From the NCBI GenBank assembly GCA_002308995.1, contig DBWQ01000013.1:58765-122764 (forward strand): DNA of 64,000 nt, given 5' to 3'. Origin of the DNA: Clostridiales bacterium UBA1234. GTDB taxonomy: Bacteria > Bacillota > Clostridia > TANB77 > UBA1234. The notes below the pieces were generated by a model. It was not told the DNA's origin, ran no database searches, and saw only the letters and a program-made list of their open reading frames with translations. The position numbers were made by a program, and so were the translations under genes. Below are positions 30,677 to 40,655 of this stretch, one piece after another (within the stretch, counting starts at the first letter, position 1; every line of letters starts with the position of its first letter).

Positions 30677-30976
30677 TTAATGACGCACCAAAAATACAAT
30701 GCCGATTACGATGGCTGCAACAATTCCCAAATCCATCAGTATCAAAACCAAGTGAAAGAGAATGTTAATGAGCAGAAATCCTGATAATGCTTGCAAGAGT
30801 TTAAGAATCCCATATAGAATGAACGGAAAAAACACAATTCCGAAAATAACACCAGCAAGTTCTTTCCCAAAAGCTACCCTCACAATAATTACGATGATAA
30901 TTACAGTGACATAAAACCCTTCTGGAATCCGCAGAAGTAGTCTTATCAGTTGTTCCATCAAAAAGAAAAATAGCAT
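30677..30976 (-). CDS. small hydrophobic membrane protein (99 aa)
   Basis: ORF with a GGAGGG RBS before the ATG at 30976 and 3 predicted TM helices. It contains an in-frame CGG (30931..30929) that is apparently read through. Confidence 0.55.
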   Translation of the reverse strand: MLFFFLMEQLIRLLLRIPEGFYVTVIIIVIIVRVAFGKELAGVIFGIVFFPFILYGILKLLQALSGFLLINILFHLVLILMDLGIVAAIVIGIVFLVRH

Positions 30977-31045
30977 TTTTCCCTCCAAGTCAGTTTAATA
31001 TTATGTTAATTATATCACAGTTTCACAAAAACGCAATTCTTTTTC

Positions 31046-32521
31046 TTATAAGATAATACAAATAAGGCCTCCACTTCCCTCATTGATAATCTTTTCCAGC
31101 GTTTCTTGCAATTTACACTGTGCTTCTTCTGGCATTTTCATGAGTTTTGCCTGTAATCCTTCATTCACTAGTTCATTTAATGACTTTCCAAAAATATTGG
31201 TATTCCATATTTTGATAGGATCTTCTTCAAAATCCTTCATCAAATACTCAATAAGTTCCTCAGATTGTTTTTCACTTCCTACAATAGGAGATACCTCCGT
31301 TTCAATCTCTGCTTTGATAATATGAAGGCTTGGCGCTTTGGCTTTTAATTTGACTCCAAATTTACTGCCTTGCTTAATGATTTCTGGTTCTTCCAGTGTC
31401 AATTCTTCTATATTTGGTGTAACAATTCCATATCCCTTTCGTTTCACATCATTCAAAGCCATTGAAATTTTGTCATACGCTTTTTTGCTTTTGGCAAGTG
31501 AAGCAATCACTCCAAATAGTTCCCCCTCTTCCTTGATTGGAATTCCAGACATATCACTTAGCACTTCGTAAAAGACACGATCTTTCATTTTGACATCCAC
31601 TGAAGCAATCCCTTCTCCTAATCGAATTTCCGCAAGTTGCATTGAATCAAACTCATCGTCTAATTTGATGGATTCTATGATACTTCGTAATTGTCTAAAA
31701 TGATTCATGTGCCCAAAATTACTTTTCATAACATCCAAAAAGTGTTCATGAATGGGATGCGTTGGTAATAGTTCATTGGTCCATAAAGGCATATGAACAT
31801 CTACTTCATTGATAGGAAACTCATATAGAATCGTTTCTAAAATGTTTTGCACATCTTCCATGGTTAGTTTGGCAAGATCCATCGCCAAAACTGGAGTATC
31901 GTATTTTTGTTGCATCTCTTGGCAGAGATTTCTTGTTTCTACAGCATCAGGGAGACTGGTGTTGAGTAAAATAATACAAGGTTTTTTCTCCTTTTTTAAA
32001 TCTTCTACGACTCTCTCTTCTGCGGCGATATAGGCTTCTCTCTCCATATCGGTTACAGTCCCATCTGTCGTAACCATAATACCAATCGTTGAATGTTCTT
32101 CAATGACTTTTTTTGTCCCTAATTCCGCTGCTTGTTCAAAAGGTATTTTTTCTTCAAACCAAGGAGTATTGACCATACGAGGTTCTTCCCCTTCCATATG
32201 GCCAAGAGCGCCCTCTACTAAGTATCCTACGCAATCAACTAGTCGCATACGAAATTTGACATGATTCACGTTAACGAGTGCCGCTTCATTGGGAATAAAT
32301 TTTGGCTCCGTCGTCATAATAGTTCTTCCATTAGAACTTTGTGGAAGTTCATCTTGTGCTCTCATCTTTTTATAATCATCCTCAATATTGGGAATTACCA
32401 ATAGTTCCATAAAATTCTTAATAAAAGTCGATTTTCCTGTTCTAACCGGTCCAACAACACCAATATAAATATCTCCCTTTGTTCTCTTTGCAATATCTTG
32501 ATAGATATCGTATGTATTCAT
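31046..32521 (-). CDS. spoIVA: stage IV sporulation protein A (spore coat morphogenetic ATPase)
   Basis: IYIGVVGPVRTGKSTFIK Walker A. At 491 aa it is full-length relative to SpoIVA. Start at 32521 has an AAGGAGGG RBS (the track ORF is over-extended). Confidence 0.93.
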   Translation of the reverse strand: MNTYDIYQDIAKRTKGDIYIGVVGPVRTGKSTFIKNFMELLVIPNIEDDYKKMRAQDELPQSSNGRTIMTTEPKFIPNEAALVNVNHVKFRMRLVDCVGYLVEGALGHMEGEEPRMVNTPWFEEKIPFEQAAELGTKKVIEEHSTIGIMVTTDGTVTDMEREAYIAAEERVVEDLKKEKKPCIILLNTSLPDAVETRNLCQEMQQKYDTPVLAMDLAKLTMEDVQNILETILYEFPINEVDVHMPLWTNELLPTHPIHEHFLDVMKSNFGHMNHFRQLRSIIESIKLDDEFDSMQLAEIRLGEGIASVDVKMKDRVFYEVLSDMSGIPIKEEGELFGVIASLAKSKKAYDKISMALNDVKRKGYGIVTPNIEELTLEEPEIIKQGSKFGVKLKAKAPSLHIIKAEIETEVSPIVGSEKQSEELIEYLMKDFEEDPIKIWNTNIFGKSLNELVNEGLQAKLMKMPEEAQCKLQETLEKIINEGSGGLICIIL

Positions 32522-32607
32522 CAATAAGCCCTCCTTTTTTAAGTGTTTGTACACATGATTTAGTAAATTTATATGAGGAGGACTTCTTTTTAGAACTAAA
32601 AAGCACA

Positions 32608-32646
32608 TAAAAAAAGAAAGAAGACATTGTATCTTCTTTCTTTTTC
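32608..32646 (-). terminator. rho-independent terminator after the giant SLH gene
   Basis: agaaagaaga/cattgta/tcttctttct hairpin flanked by A/T runs. Confidence 0.65.
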
Positions 32647-32677
32647 GTATTTGCCAACCTATTGCATCCTTTGCCGA

Positions 32678-35600
32678 TTACTTCTCCCAATGTTCCGCTT
32701 CATCGCCATCTAGTACATAATCATGTGTCACAATCGCCTCTAGCACTTCATAATACCCCCAATGATTTGGATCTAAATCACTCACTGGTGAAATAACATC
32801 CGACATACTCTCTTGCGAAACATGCCTTTCTAACATACGATTAAGTAATGTTGCCGTTTCTACTCTTGTGATTTTTTTATCTGGCTTAAAAGTGCCATCT
32901 TCATATCCCTTTAACCATCCCATACTAGATGCCATTTCAATACATTCTTTGGCCCAATGTGCCTCTGTTACATCGATAAAATGAATGCTATTTTGGTTTG
33001 CATTTTGGGTAATAAACTTTTGAATTACCTTTGCAAATTCTGCTCTTGTAATCGGCTTTGTCGGTTCAAAGTTCCCATTTGGATATCCGCCCATGATACC
33101 AAGTTCTTTCATATACAAAATTGCTTTGGCAGACCATCTATCTTTGGTAACATCACTAAATGGACTTTCCTCTACCTCTAGTGTCTCTCTCATATCTCCA
33201 CTATCTGTTACTGTTAAACGGTAGAAAATAGTCGCTACTTCTTCTCTTGTCACATGATTGTTACTTCTAAAGGTACCGTCATCATATCCTTTCATAAAGC
33301 TTTCATGGTGTCCTTTCGCTCCTAAATCTAGATGGAAGGACATTGCTTTCTCCTCTGTTTCTTGTGGTTCTACTGTAGGAGTAGGTGTTGGGGTTGGGGT
33401 TGGCGTTGGCGTTGGTGTACTACTAGAGGAACTTCCTCCTCCACCGCCTCCTCCGCCCCCACCACTCGATGGGACGACAGTTTTATCAGTGATTCCTACA
33501 TTGATTTTTACTTCGGTTTTATTCATAGTAATTTCAAGAATTTTGGTAGTTCCTTTTGTTTTATCTACCGTATCGGTGGTAAATTCTTCTCCTGTTTCTT
33601 TGTAGAACTCTAGTTGATACTTTCCAACTTCTAATTCACAAAATTCGTAATTTCCATCCATATCAGTCACTGTTTGGGATAAAGTATTTCCCGCTGCATC
33701 TTTTAAGGTAACATCATAATTTGCTTTTGCTTTTTCGTTATTTCTTTGTTTATTTTTATCTTTATCATACCAAACGTTACCATGAATCTTACCTTTGATT
33801 GCCGTTGCAGGGATTTCATTAATGACAACTGCTGTGCTATTACTTTCTGCTGCTATTAGCGAAGAATGATTTTCTTTTTGAGCCACAAATCCAAAAGAAT
33901 TGATAGCCATATCATTTACTTTCGTATTTTCTTCTGGAAGCATTGCTTCCATGGTAATGGTAATCGTATCACCATCTTCTAAAACAAAATCGTTCTTAGT
34001 TTGAACCCACACTGCTGTTACTTTGCTAAAATCCTCTACTTCCTCTGCTGTTTTCCATGTATTCTGTATAGTATCTCCCGATGCTACACCAAGTATATCT
34101 CTATCAATAGCCTCATCTTCCGAGTAGAAAATATCGATATCTTCTTCACTAACTCCCTCAATGATAAGATTCTCACCTGTCAAAATAACAGGAATACTAC
34201 TATTTCTGCTATTTGGCTGTATTCCATACTCATCTATTGTTCCTGGCAAAATATCTAAGAAAGAAAGATGGTTTAAAGACGCTCCATTTTGAGAAACATT
34301 TTCTAATACTACTTGATAATAAATCGTTTCTCCAGCCTTTCTTAGGACTTGTTCTTCCCAATTTTGACCATCCGTGCTTACTCTAAGTTTCGCTGATAAC
34401 TTTTCACTAGAAGCTAAACTGTAATCAAAATTTTCTGTGATATGGTTTTCATCTTTTAATACTCTATCTGTTAACAATTCGTTTTGATTGATATCGAGAT
34501 AATCAGAAACTTCCTTATCACTGGTAAGAATATCGTCATTTTTAATTGGATTTCTCTCTACAAATTCTGTCAAAACAGCCGTATCGGAGATAATCATTCT
34601 TCCCTCTTCGATGTGTGCTTCCATCGTCATAGGATTAGCTGCGCCAAAATTGACTAAATAGGTAACACGATAATCAACTTCTTCACCTACTGCTGTTTGA
34701 TAAATCTTTTCATCAGAGAAATCCCATTTTAAAATAATTCTGCCACTATCATCAAAATTCTTAATAATCTCAGGCTCTTTTAATTCTCCATTACCAAAAG
34801 AACAAGATAGCATCTTTCTGTATTCTACACCTGGCGGCAATAAATTGTACATCACAATACGTGTTGTACCCATATCATTCGTTTCAAAATCATTACCAAC
34901 GATTCCATAGGTAGAAGTAATAGTATAATTCTTTCCCTCTTCTTCTTCCTTTTCAGCATAAATCATCACGGTATCAATGATATTAGCTGGTGTTAAAATC
35001 GCTACGTGTTTGCCTTCCTTTACTGTCACGATACCATTACTTCCATTCGACTCTAAACAAAATGTATTCACAATTTCTCTATCATAATCCTTACGCTCTT
35101 TTAGTGCTTTCATCGTTAGAACTAAAGAAATATCATCATAATCACTTTGGAAGGTAAAACTTTCAATCTCTGATTGTACAACCAATTTTACATTAAGGAT
35201 CTTTTCTTCCTCTGGATTTTCTAGCATATCTTGAAGTGATACCATTTGATACGTACTTGGAACCCTTGAGGTTCTCTCTTCTATGCCACCATTAAAGAAC
35301 ATTGGAATCCATTCTTGATTGGTTTTTGTTGTTTTAATATAAGCATCTGTCGTCATCTCATAGTCTTTTCCATAGATTTCAAGAGAACGAATTTCATTTT
35401 CTTCTAAATTGATATCATCTTTTAAGAATAACGCTGTTCTCCAAATATTCTCATAACCTGTCACTTCATTCACAATGATATCATAGCTTCCTCCTGTAAT
35501 GGCATTACCATAGTTTTCTGTCATTGGAGGATATTTTTCGCCTATGGATATTTCACGATAACCATTTTCACTAGACCCGCCTATCACACTATCGACAACG

Positions 35601-38600
35601 ACATGAATATCCGTATAAGCTTTGATTTCAATTCTATCATAAGAGGAAGAACTTGCTATCAAACTGCTTTCATTGCGGAAAGTATTTTCTGTAACACTTT
35701 CTGGAATATGAAGGTAGACATCAATCACTTTTACTTCCGATAGTTCTTCAAACTCCCATACAATTTGATATTGTCCATTTTCTTTCGACACCACTCCCCC
35801 ATCACTGCACATAATATCATCTACCGTCAAATCTTGCATAATAGGGAGCTTATCCACAACGGTTACTTGACGATATGTTCCATCTGCTTCAATTAGCGGA
35901 TTAACTTTTAAATGATACCTTGCTGTATGTGTTGGATAAAGTGAATTTTCTTCAACTGTTTGAACAAATGGATTTCCATCTGGTGTATTAGAAAGAATTT
36001 TACGATAAAACATTTGGGTGTATGTCTCTTCACTATCTTCTCTTTGGTAGTGAACTGCAATTGGTTGTTCCATAAAATCTAGACTTGCAAAGCGATACTT
36101 CGTAGCAAGTTTTATTTCCATCATTGTATCGCTGGTAATAATATCAAAGTGAAGTACATTCCCTTCTTGGGTATATTGATAATTGCAACTCGTAATTTCA
36201 AATTGCTCTGCATCCATAGGAATGGTAATATCAACACTTCTTACAAACCAATTCACCGGAATTTGTCCACATTGAATGACTATCTGTGTCGTTTCTTCTT
36301 CTCCAACGTACAAACTCTCTCTTTCAGGCGTAACGCTTACTACTAAATAGTCTTGAACAACTTCTGCACTTGCCACTGACTCTGCACTTTGCCCATTTCT
36401 TTCATCATAAAAATGAACCCATGCAGTTTGAGGAGCTGTCTCGTTTTTCCCTTGTAATATCGGGTAATGAACAAAAATTTGAGCAAAAATAGGAACTTCT
36501 CCACTTCCCATAAAAGAAACGAGATGGGCATCTTTCATTTCAGGATAAATCGGCTCAACTCGATCTTCGTATCCCACCAAAATAGGAAGTTCAATTTCCA
36601 TTCCTTCGTATTGTGGAAAATTCGCATCTAATACCCATTCGTCACCACTCACATTGGTAACAGTAGGCATAATATAGCATTCTTTAACGATTTTATCGTT
36701 ATACATAGAAGGATACTCATTTTGAAAATTCATTGATACACTCACAGATAGTATCTCTTGCTCTTCTTCACTTGGCATATTTGGCTGATTACGATGAATG
36801 CGATAAATGATTTTTTGACTTTCTGTTGTTCCATACGGAGTCTGATATTCGATGCTATAAATCATTTGGGTTAAATCTAGACTTGCACTAACAACTGTAA
36901 GTTCTAATGGCTCTTCCAAGTTTGTTATATTTTGCTGAATACAATATTTTTGGTTTTTAACATGTTCCAAGGCACTTAATTTTTGTCCATTCACTTCTAC
37001 TTTGGTGGCATCCACGCTGCTTGGAATAGTAAGATAGGTAGAAATTGCTTGACAGCGATTAAAATAATTTGATAATGTCATTGTTTCGTTAAGCTTTAGT
37101 TTTTCATCATAACCAACCTCTAATACGTCATAAATCAAAGTACCACTATCTAAAGATTGTGTTACAGAATCATACGCATTTTCCTCTTCTTCTGATACTG
37201 TCAAAACGGTAAGATGCTCGTCTTGATACTGAAGGTTCGTATCAGAATTCTTTTGAATCATATCAAAATTTCCACGCACTTCGTATCGCTCTGATAAGAA
37301 TGTCACTTGTTCATCCTTTGCAGCGCAAAAATTCTCTAAAGTTAATATATATTCCGGCTTTAGTTCATAATAAATAGGTAGTCCGGCAAGATGCTCTACC
37401 AAGTTCACTGCTAGAGGAGGAAACTCATAGGCCATGAAATCACTGACATATGCATCTTGATACCTAACAGTATCTTTTGAAATTAATTCATAACCATTAG
37501 GGAAAACATCCTTTTCTCCCGAAAATTCTATACCAGGGAATTTAATATCTAGTGTCAATTCCCCACTACAAAGTAATGTTTCTCCCTCTTCTAATATATT
37601 CTCTACTGCAGGAAAAATGGTCCATGTATTTAAGAAAGTATCATAATACGTTTCATTATCCCCTATTCCTATCAAGTTGCTATTAGAAAAACCTTGTAAA
37701 AAGACTCCTGGTAGGTTTTCTTGTTCTGCTTTTTGCGTGACAATAATACTTGCTTTATTATTTACTACACGCTCATTTCCGGCTTCATCATCATACCAAA
37801 ACTCAAAGGTTAGTTCTCTTGTATCTTGGGCATTTAAACACGCCTTGTGATATTCTAGCACAATGGAATACATCGTATCATCATGAATCGGTCCTTCTGG
37901 CATTGGAAGTATTAAGCGATTTGGAAAAACGCTTTCATCTCTCATTGTACTCTCATAAGTAAAATCAAAATTTGTACTCACAGAGCTTACCTCAACACCT
38001 TCCATCGCCGGAAGCTGTACAATTAGCACTCCATCCTTTGCTCCTATCTCTGTATCACTCAAAAAGTACTCTAGATTATATGACACTTGTGGAAATGAAG
38101 TGCCATCCAATTCCACTCGTACTTCACTCACGCTAATGGTCGAAATGATAGGATTTTCTTCTAGAATCATGATTCCTTCGTCAAAACTAGTAGCTGCCTT
38201 TTTTTCCGTTTCTTGCTTTCCACTAACGACATAGCTTAAATCTACTTTTGAAACAATTTTACTCGGAACAGCATAATGATATTTGACTGTAACTTGATAA
38301 GGTGCTTCCTCATCTATCTCATCAAAATGCCATACCACTCTCTTTTGCTCTGCTTGCCAATTTCCATTCATCGTCGCAGAAACAAATTCCACGCCATCAA
38401 CTTCTGGAAGTTGATAGGTTAATGTATAATCCTTAAAAACAGCGTTATCCGAAAAATCACCATTTTGAATGATGGTTGCTGTATAAGTAACGATTTCTCC
38501 CACTGCCACTTCTGCTTTATCAACTGTATTCGTCGTTGTTAAGAAATTTCCCTCTGAATATCGTGTATGAATAGTAATTTGATTAGAAGTAGCTTCTTCT

Positions 38601-39064
38601 TCATCTGAGACTATCGTAAAGAAAACACTCTGCTCCGTATAATCTTTCAAAACCGCTTCCACATAAATTGTTCCTGAAACATTTTGTCCCTCCACTAATA
38701 GCACACATTGCTTGGCATCATTTCCCGTTTCTTCCATGTGTGAAAACTGTGCGCCAACAATCTGTTCCGTATGAATTTCAAAACAATCTGGTACTGTTAA
38801 TATAGCTTGCGTGTTTTGAAGATTACTAAGACTGTAATCAAGAACAAAATAAACCTTATCATTGATAGGAACCATAACCACATCTTTGCTTTGTGGTTTA
38901 CCTCCCACAATCATACTCATTTTGGCACTTGCCTTTTTGAGTCCTTCTATGGAATTAACAGTATCATCTGCCCTCACATTCGCTACCAAAAAGCCACCAA
39001 AATGAGTGATTACCATGATGCAAGCAAGTGCGACAGAAATGAAACGATTTTTCATTTGATTCAT
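32678..39064 (-). CDS. giant SLH-anchored surface protein (2128 aa) with repeat beta-domains and a Cna-B/SdrD-B-like domain
   Basis: Signal peptide MNQMKNRFISVALACIMVITHFGGFLVANVRA. DUF11-like repeats. GKIHGNVWYDKDKN...DMDGNYEF..LEVGKYQLEF (SdrD B-like). G10-S5-(TP)7 linker. Three C-terminal SLH repeats. Confidence 0.9.
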   Translation of the reverse strand: MNQMKNRFISVALACIMVITHFGGFLVANVRADDTVNSIEGLKKASAKMSMIVGGKPQSKDVVMVPINDKVYFVLDYSLSNLQNTQAILTVPDCFEIHTEQIVGAQFSHMEETGNDAKQCVLLVEGQNVSGTIYVEAVLKDYTEQSVFFTIVSDEEEATSNQITIHTRYSEGNFLTTTNTVDKAEVAVGEIVTYTATIIQNGDFSDNAVFKDYTLTYQLPEVDGVEFVSATMNGNWQAEQKRVVWHFDEIDEEAPYQVTVKYHYAVPSKIVSKVDLSYVVSGKQETEKKAATSFDEGIMILEENPIISTISVSEVRVELDGTSFPQVSYNLEYFLSDTEIGAKDGVLIVQLPAMEGVEVSSVSTNFDFTYESTMRDESVFPNRLILPMPEGPIHDDTMYSIVLEYHKACLNAQDTRELTFEFWYDDEAGNERVVNNKASIIVTQKAEQENLPGVFLQGFSNSNLIGIGDNETYYDTFLNTWTIFPAVENILEEGETLLCSGELTLDIKFPGIEFSGEKDVFPNGYELISKDTVRYQDAYVSDFMAYEFPPLAVNLVEHLAGLPIYYELKPEYILTLENFCAAKDEQVTFLSERYEVRGNFDMIQKNSDTNLQYQDEHLTVLTVSEEEENAYDSVTQSLDSGTLIYDVLEVGYDEKLKLNETMTLSNYFNRCQAISTYLTIPSSVDATKVEVNGQKLSALEHVKNQKYCIQQNITNLEEPLELTVVSASLDLTQMIYSIEYQTPYGTTESQKIIYRIHRNQPNMPSEEEQEILSVSVSMNFQNEYPSMYNDKIVKECYIMPTVTNVSGDEWVLDANFPQYEGMEIELPILVGYEDRVEPIYPEMKDAHLVSFMGSGEVPIFAQIFVHYPILQGKNETAPQTAWVHFYDERNGQSAESVASAEVVQDYLVVSVTPERESLYVGEEETTQIVIQCGQIPVNWFVRSVDITIPMDAEQFEITSCNYQYTQEGNVLHFDIITSDTMMEIKLATKYRFASLDFMEQPIAVHYQREDSEETYTQMFYRKILSNTPDGNPFVQTVEENSLYPTHTARYHLKVNPLIEADGTYRQVTVVDKLPIMQDLTVDDIMCSDGGVVSKENGQYQIVWEFEELSEVKVIDVYLHIPESVTENTFRNESSLIASSSSYDRIEIKAYTDIHVVVDSVIGGSSENGYREISIGEKYPPMTENYGNAITGGSYDIIVNEVTGYENIWRTALFLKDDINLEENEIRSLEIYGKDYEMTTDAYIKTTKTNQEWIPMFFNGGIEERTSRVPSTYQMVSLQDMLENPEEEKILNVKLVVQSEIESFTFQSDYDDISLVLTMKALKERKDYDREIVNTFCLESNGSNGIVTVKEGKHVAILTPANIIDTVMIYAEKEEEEGKNYTITSTYGIVGNDFETNDMGTTRIVMYNLLPPGVEYRKMLSCSFGNGELKEPEIIKNFDDSGRIILKWDFSDEKIYQTAVGEEVDYRVTYLVNFGAANPMTMEAHIEEGRMIISDTAVLTEFVERNPIKNDDILTSDKEVSDYLDINQNELLTDRVLKDENHITENFDYSLASSEKLSAKLRVSTDGQNWEEQVLRKAGETIYYQVVLENVSQNGASLNHLSFLDILPGTIDEYGIQPNSRNSSIPVILTGENLIIEGVSEEDIDIFYSEDEAIDRDILGVASGDTIQNTWKTAEEVEDFSKVTAVWVQTKNDFVLEDGDTITITMEAMLPEENTKVNDMAINSFGFVAQKENHSSLIAAESNSTAVVINEIPATAIKGKIHGNVWYDKDKNKQRNNEKAKANYDVTLKDAAGNTLSQTVTDMDGNYEFCELEVGKYQLEFYKETGEEFTTDTVDKTKGTTKILEITMNKTEVKINVGITDKTVVPSSGGGGGGGGGGSSSSSTPTPTPTPTPTPTPTVEPQETEEKAMSFHLDLGAKGHHESFMKGYDDGTFRSNNHVTREEVATIFYRLTVTDSGDMRETLEVEESPFSDVTKDRWSAKAILYMKELGIMGGYPNGNFEPTKPITRAEFAKVIQKFITQNANQNSIHFIDVTEAHWAKECIEMASSMGWLKGYEDGTFKPDKKITRVETATLLNRMLERHVSQESMSDVISPVSDLDPNHWGYYEVLEAIVTHDYVLDGDEAEHWEK
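33378..33469 (-). repeat. coding low-complexity tract: Gly10-Ser5-(Thr-Pro)7
   Basis: Read directly from the sequence: GGT GGG GGC GGA GGA GGC GGT GGA GGA GGA, then AGT TCC TCT AGT AGT, then (ACN CCN)x7. Confidence 0.9.
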
Positions 39065-39152
39065 TCGTACATTACCCCTTTATACTTTAGTATTACTCTA
39101 TTTTATCTTACTATATTGCCATACGATATTCAAGGGAAATGAAAAAAGAAAG

Positions 39153-39186
39153 TAAAAAAGAAAGCAATGAAATACATTGCTTTCTT
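39153..39186 (-). terminator. rho-independent terminator after the GT4 gene
   Basis: aagaaagcaatg/aaata/cattgctttctt hairpin, followed on the minus strand by T6. Confidence 0.8.
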
Positions 39187-39205
39187 GAAACTATTCATCA
39201 TCATT

Positions 39206-40546
39206 TTAATTTTGCTTTACCAATTGTTGTTTAATTGGTGTTTGCAAAATATTGATTTCTTTATCTGTGGTATCCGTAGTAATGGTTGTATCAATCCCGT
39301 CCACTACTGTTGCCGTTCCTTTGCTTTCTTTGTCGGCCAATTTCTCTAGTTTTACCTTTTCTTTAGTTGCTGCTTTTGCAAGCTTAATACTATCCTTATA
39401 CACTGCCATTGTGCTCTTACTTATCGTATCCCAATTGAATTCTCTTACGACCTTTTCTTTTGCATTCTTTGCCATTTGTCTGCAAAGTGGTTCATCAAAT
39501 AATGCCTCTAGAATAGAGTCAGCAAGCGAATTTGCATTGCCTGCATAAGATTTTAATCCATCAATTCCATGAGAAACAATCTCATTTAATCCACCTGCAT
39601 CAGATACTACAGTTGCTGCACCAGAAAGCATTCCTTCAAGTGCCACAATGCCAAATGGCTCATATAAACTTGGAAATGTAGCAATATCAATTGCTTTATA
39701 CATTTTGGTAATTTGTTGATCGTTTAAATACCCTGTAAAGTATACTTTATTAGATATTCCTAAATAATCAGCAAGTCCTTTTAGCTCATCCATGCATGGA
39801 CCACGACCTGCAATGACAAATTTAACATCATTGTAGTTGGCAATAATTTTAGGTGCTGCATTTAAAAGTACTTGAATGCCTTTTTCGTTGACGATTCTAC
39901 CAGCAAAAAAGACAATTTTCTCATTATCTGCAGCGTAATTTCTTCTAAAATCCCAATCTCTCTCTGCATTATCAAATTTATTGACATTAATGCCATTTGG
40001 TACCACGTGAATATTCTCATATGGTTTACCAAACAAACCGCTAATTTCATTCTTCATATACATACTATTACAGATAACATTAGAAGCTTCATAGGTAAGC
40101 ATCCATTCTACATCGTTGACATATCCTTGAGATTTATTATGAATTCCTTTATTTCTGCCACTTTCCGTTGCATGAATGGTTGCGACTAAAGGAAGGTTAT
40201 AAGTTCTTTTTAAAGTTCTTGCCGCATATGCCACAAGCCAATCATGAGCATGTAGCACGTCAAACTTACCATACTCTTTGATAACATCGGCAGCTCTTTC
40301 AATCATACAGAAGTTAAGTTGCATTACCCAATCAATTAAGCCATTGGCATTGATAGGATAATTGGTAACTCTGTGAACATACACTGGTCCGTCTTTTTCA
40401 AATTCTTTTGTTTCTCCTTCTTGATATGTAATGACGTGAACTTCATGACCTTGTTTTGCAAATGCATGTGAAAGATCGTGAACAACTCTCGCAATTCCTC
40501 CAACAATTCTTGGTGGATATTCCCACGAAAGCATCATTATTCTCAT
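39206..40546 (-). CDS. GT4-family glycosyltransferase (glycogen-synthase-like) with Thr/Asp-rich C-terminal tail
   Basis: MRIMMLSWEYPPRIVGGIARVVHDL N-terminus, GT-B fold motifs, EPFGIVALEGM. Clustered with GH57 and DUF4912 genes. Confidence 0.85.
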   Translation of the reverse strand: MRIMMLSWEYPPRIVGGIARVVHDLSHAFAKQGHEVHVITYQEGETKEFEKDGPVYVHRVTNYPINANGLIDWVMQLNFCMIERAADVIKEYGKFDVLHAHDWLVAYAARTLKRTYNLPLVATIHATESGRNKGIHNKSQGYVNDVEWMLTYEASNVICNSMYMKNEISGLFGKPYENIHVVPNGINVNKFDNAERDWDFRRNYAADNEKIVFFAGRIVNEKGIQVLLNAAPKIIANYNDVKFVIAGRGPCMDELKGLADYLGISNKVYFTGYLNDQQITKMYKAIDIATFPSLYEPFGIVALEGMLSGAATVVSDAGGLNEIVSHGIDGLKSYAGNANSLADSILEALFDEPLCRQMAKNAKEKVVREFNWDTISKSTMAVYKDSIKLAKAATKEKVKLEKLADKESKGTATVVDGIDTTITTDTTDKEINILQTPIKQQLVKQN

Positions 40547-40612
40547 TTCTCGGTCCCCCTTCGTTTTTTTCGTTTGTTTCTACTTTATTATTATCATTGT
40601 ATCTTAGCAAAT

Positions 40613-40654
40613 AAAAAAAGTAAATGATTTTTTATAAAATCATTTACTTTTTTA
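40613..40654 (-). terminator. rho-independent terminator after the GH57 gene
   Basis: aaagtaaatgatttt/ttat/aaaatcatttacttt perfect hairpin flanked by A7/T runs. Confidence 0.75.
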
Positions 40655-40655
40655 C

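Noticed and set aside
6659-30931. Hypothesis that CGG is completely unassigned, or that every CGG forces a +1 shift.
   Set aside because: Two in-frame CGG codons are evidently read through in frame. AAG CGG GAA (6659-6661) lies upstream of the transglutaminase catalytic core in the same frame. CTG CGG ATT (30931..30929) is in the 99-aa membrane protein, where a +1 shift would hit a stop after 9 codons. Any recoding must therefore be context-dependent or partial.
32442-32690. 82-aa ORF bridging the spoIVA start and the SLH gene end, and the 29-codon N-terminal extension of the spoIVA track ORF.
   Set aside because: The SpoIVA family starts at MNTYDIY..., which here has a strong AAGGAGGG RBS at 32521. 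The upstream extension crosses a terminator.
33378-33469. Short tandem DNA repeats considered as a possible CRISPR or VNTR locus.
   Set aside because: They are in frame within the SLH gene and encode a Gly/Ser/Thr-Pro linker. There is no repeat-spacer architecture and there are no cas genes.
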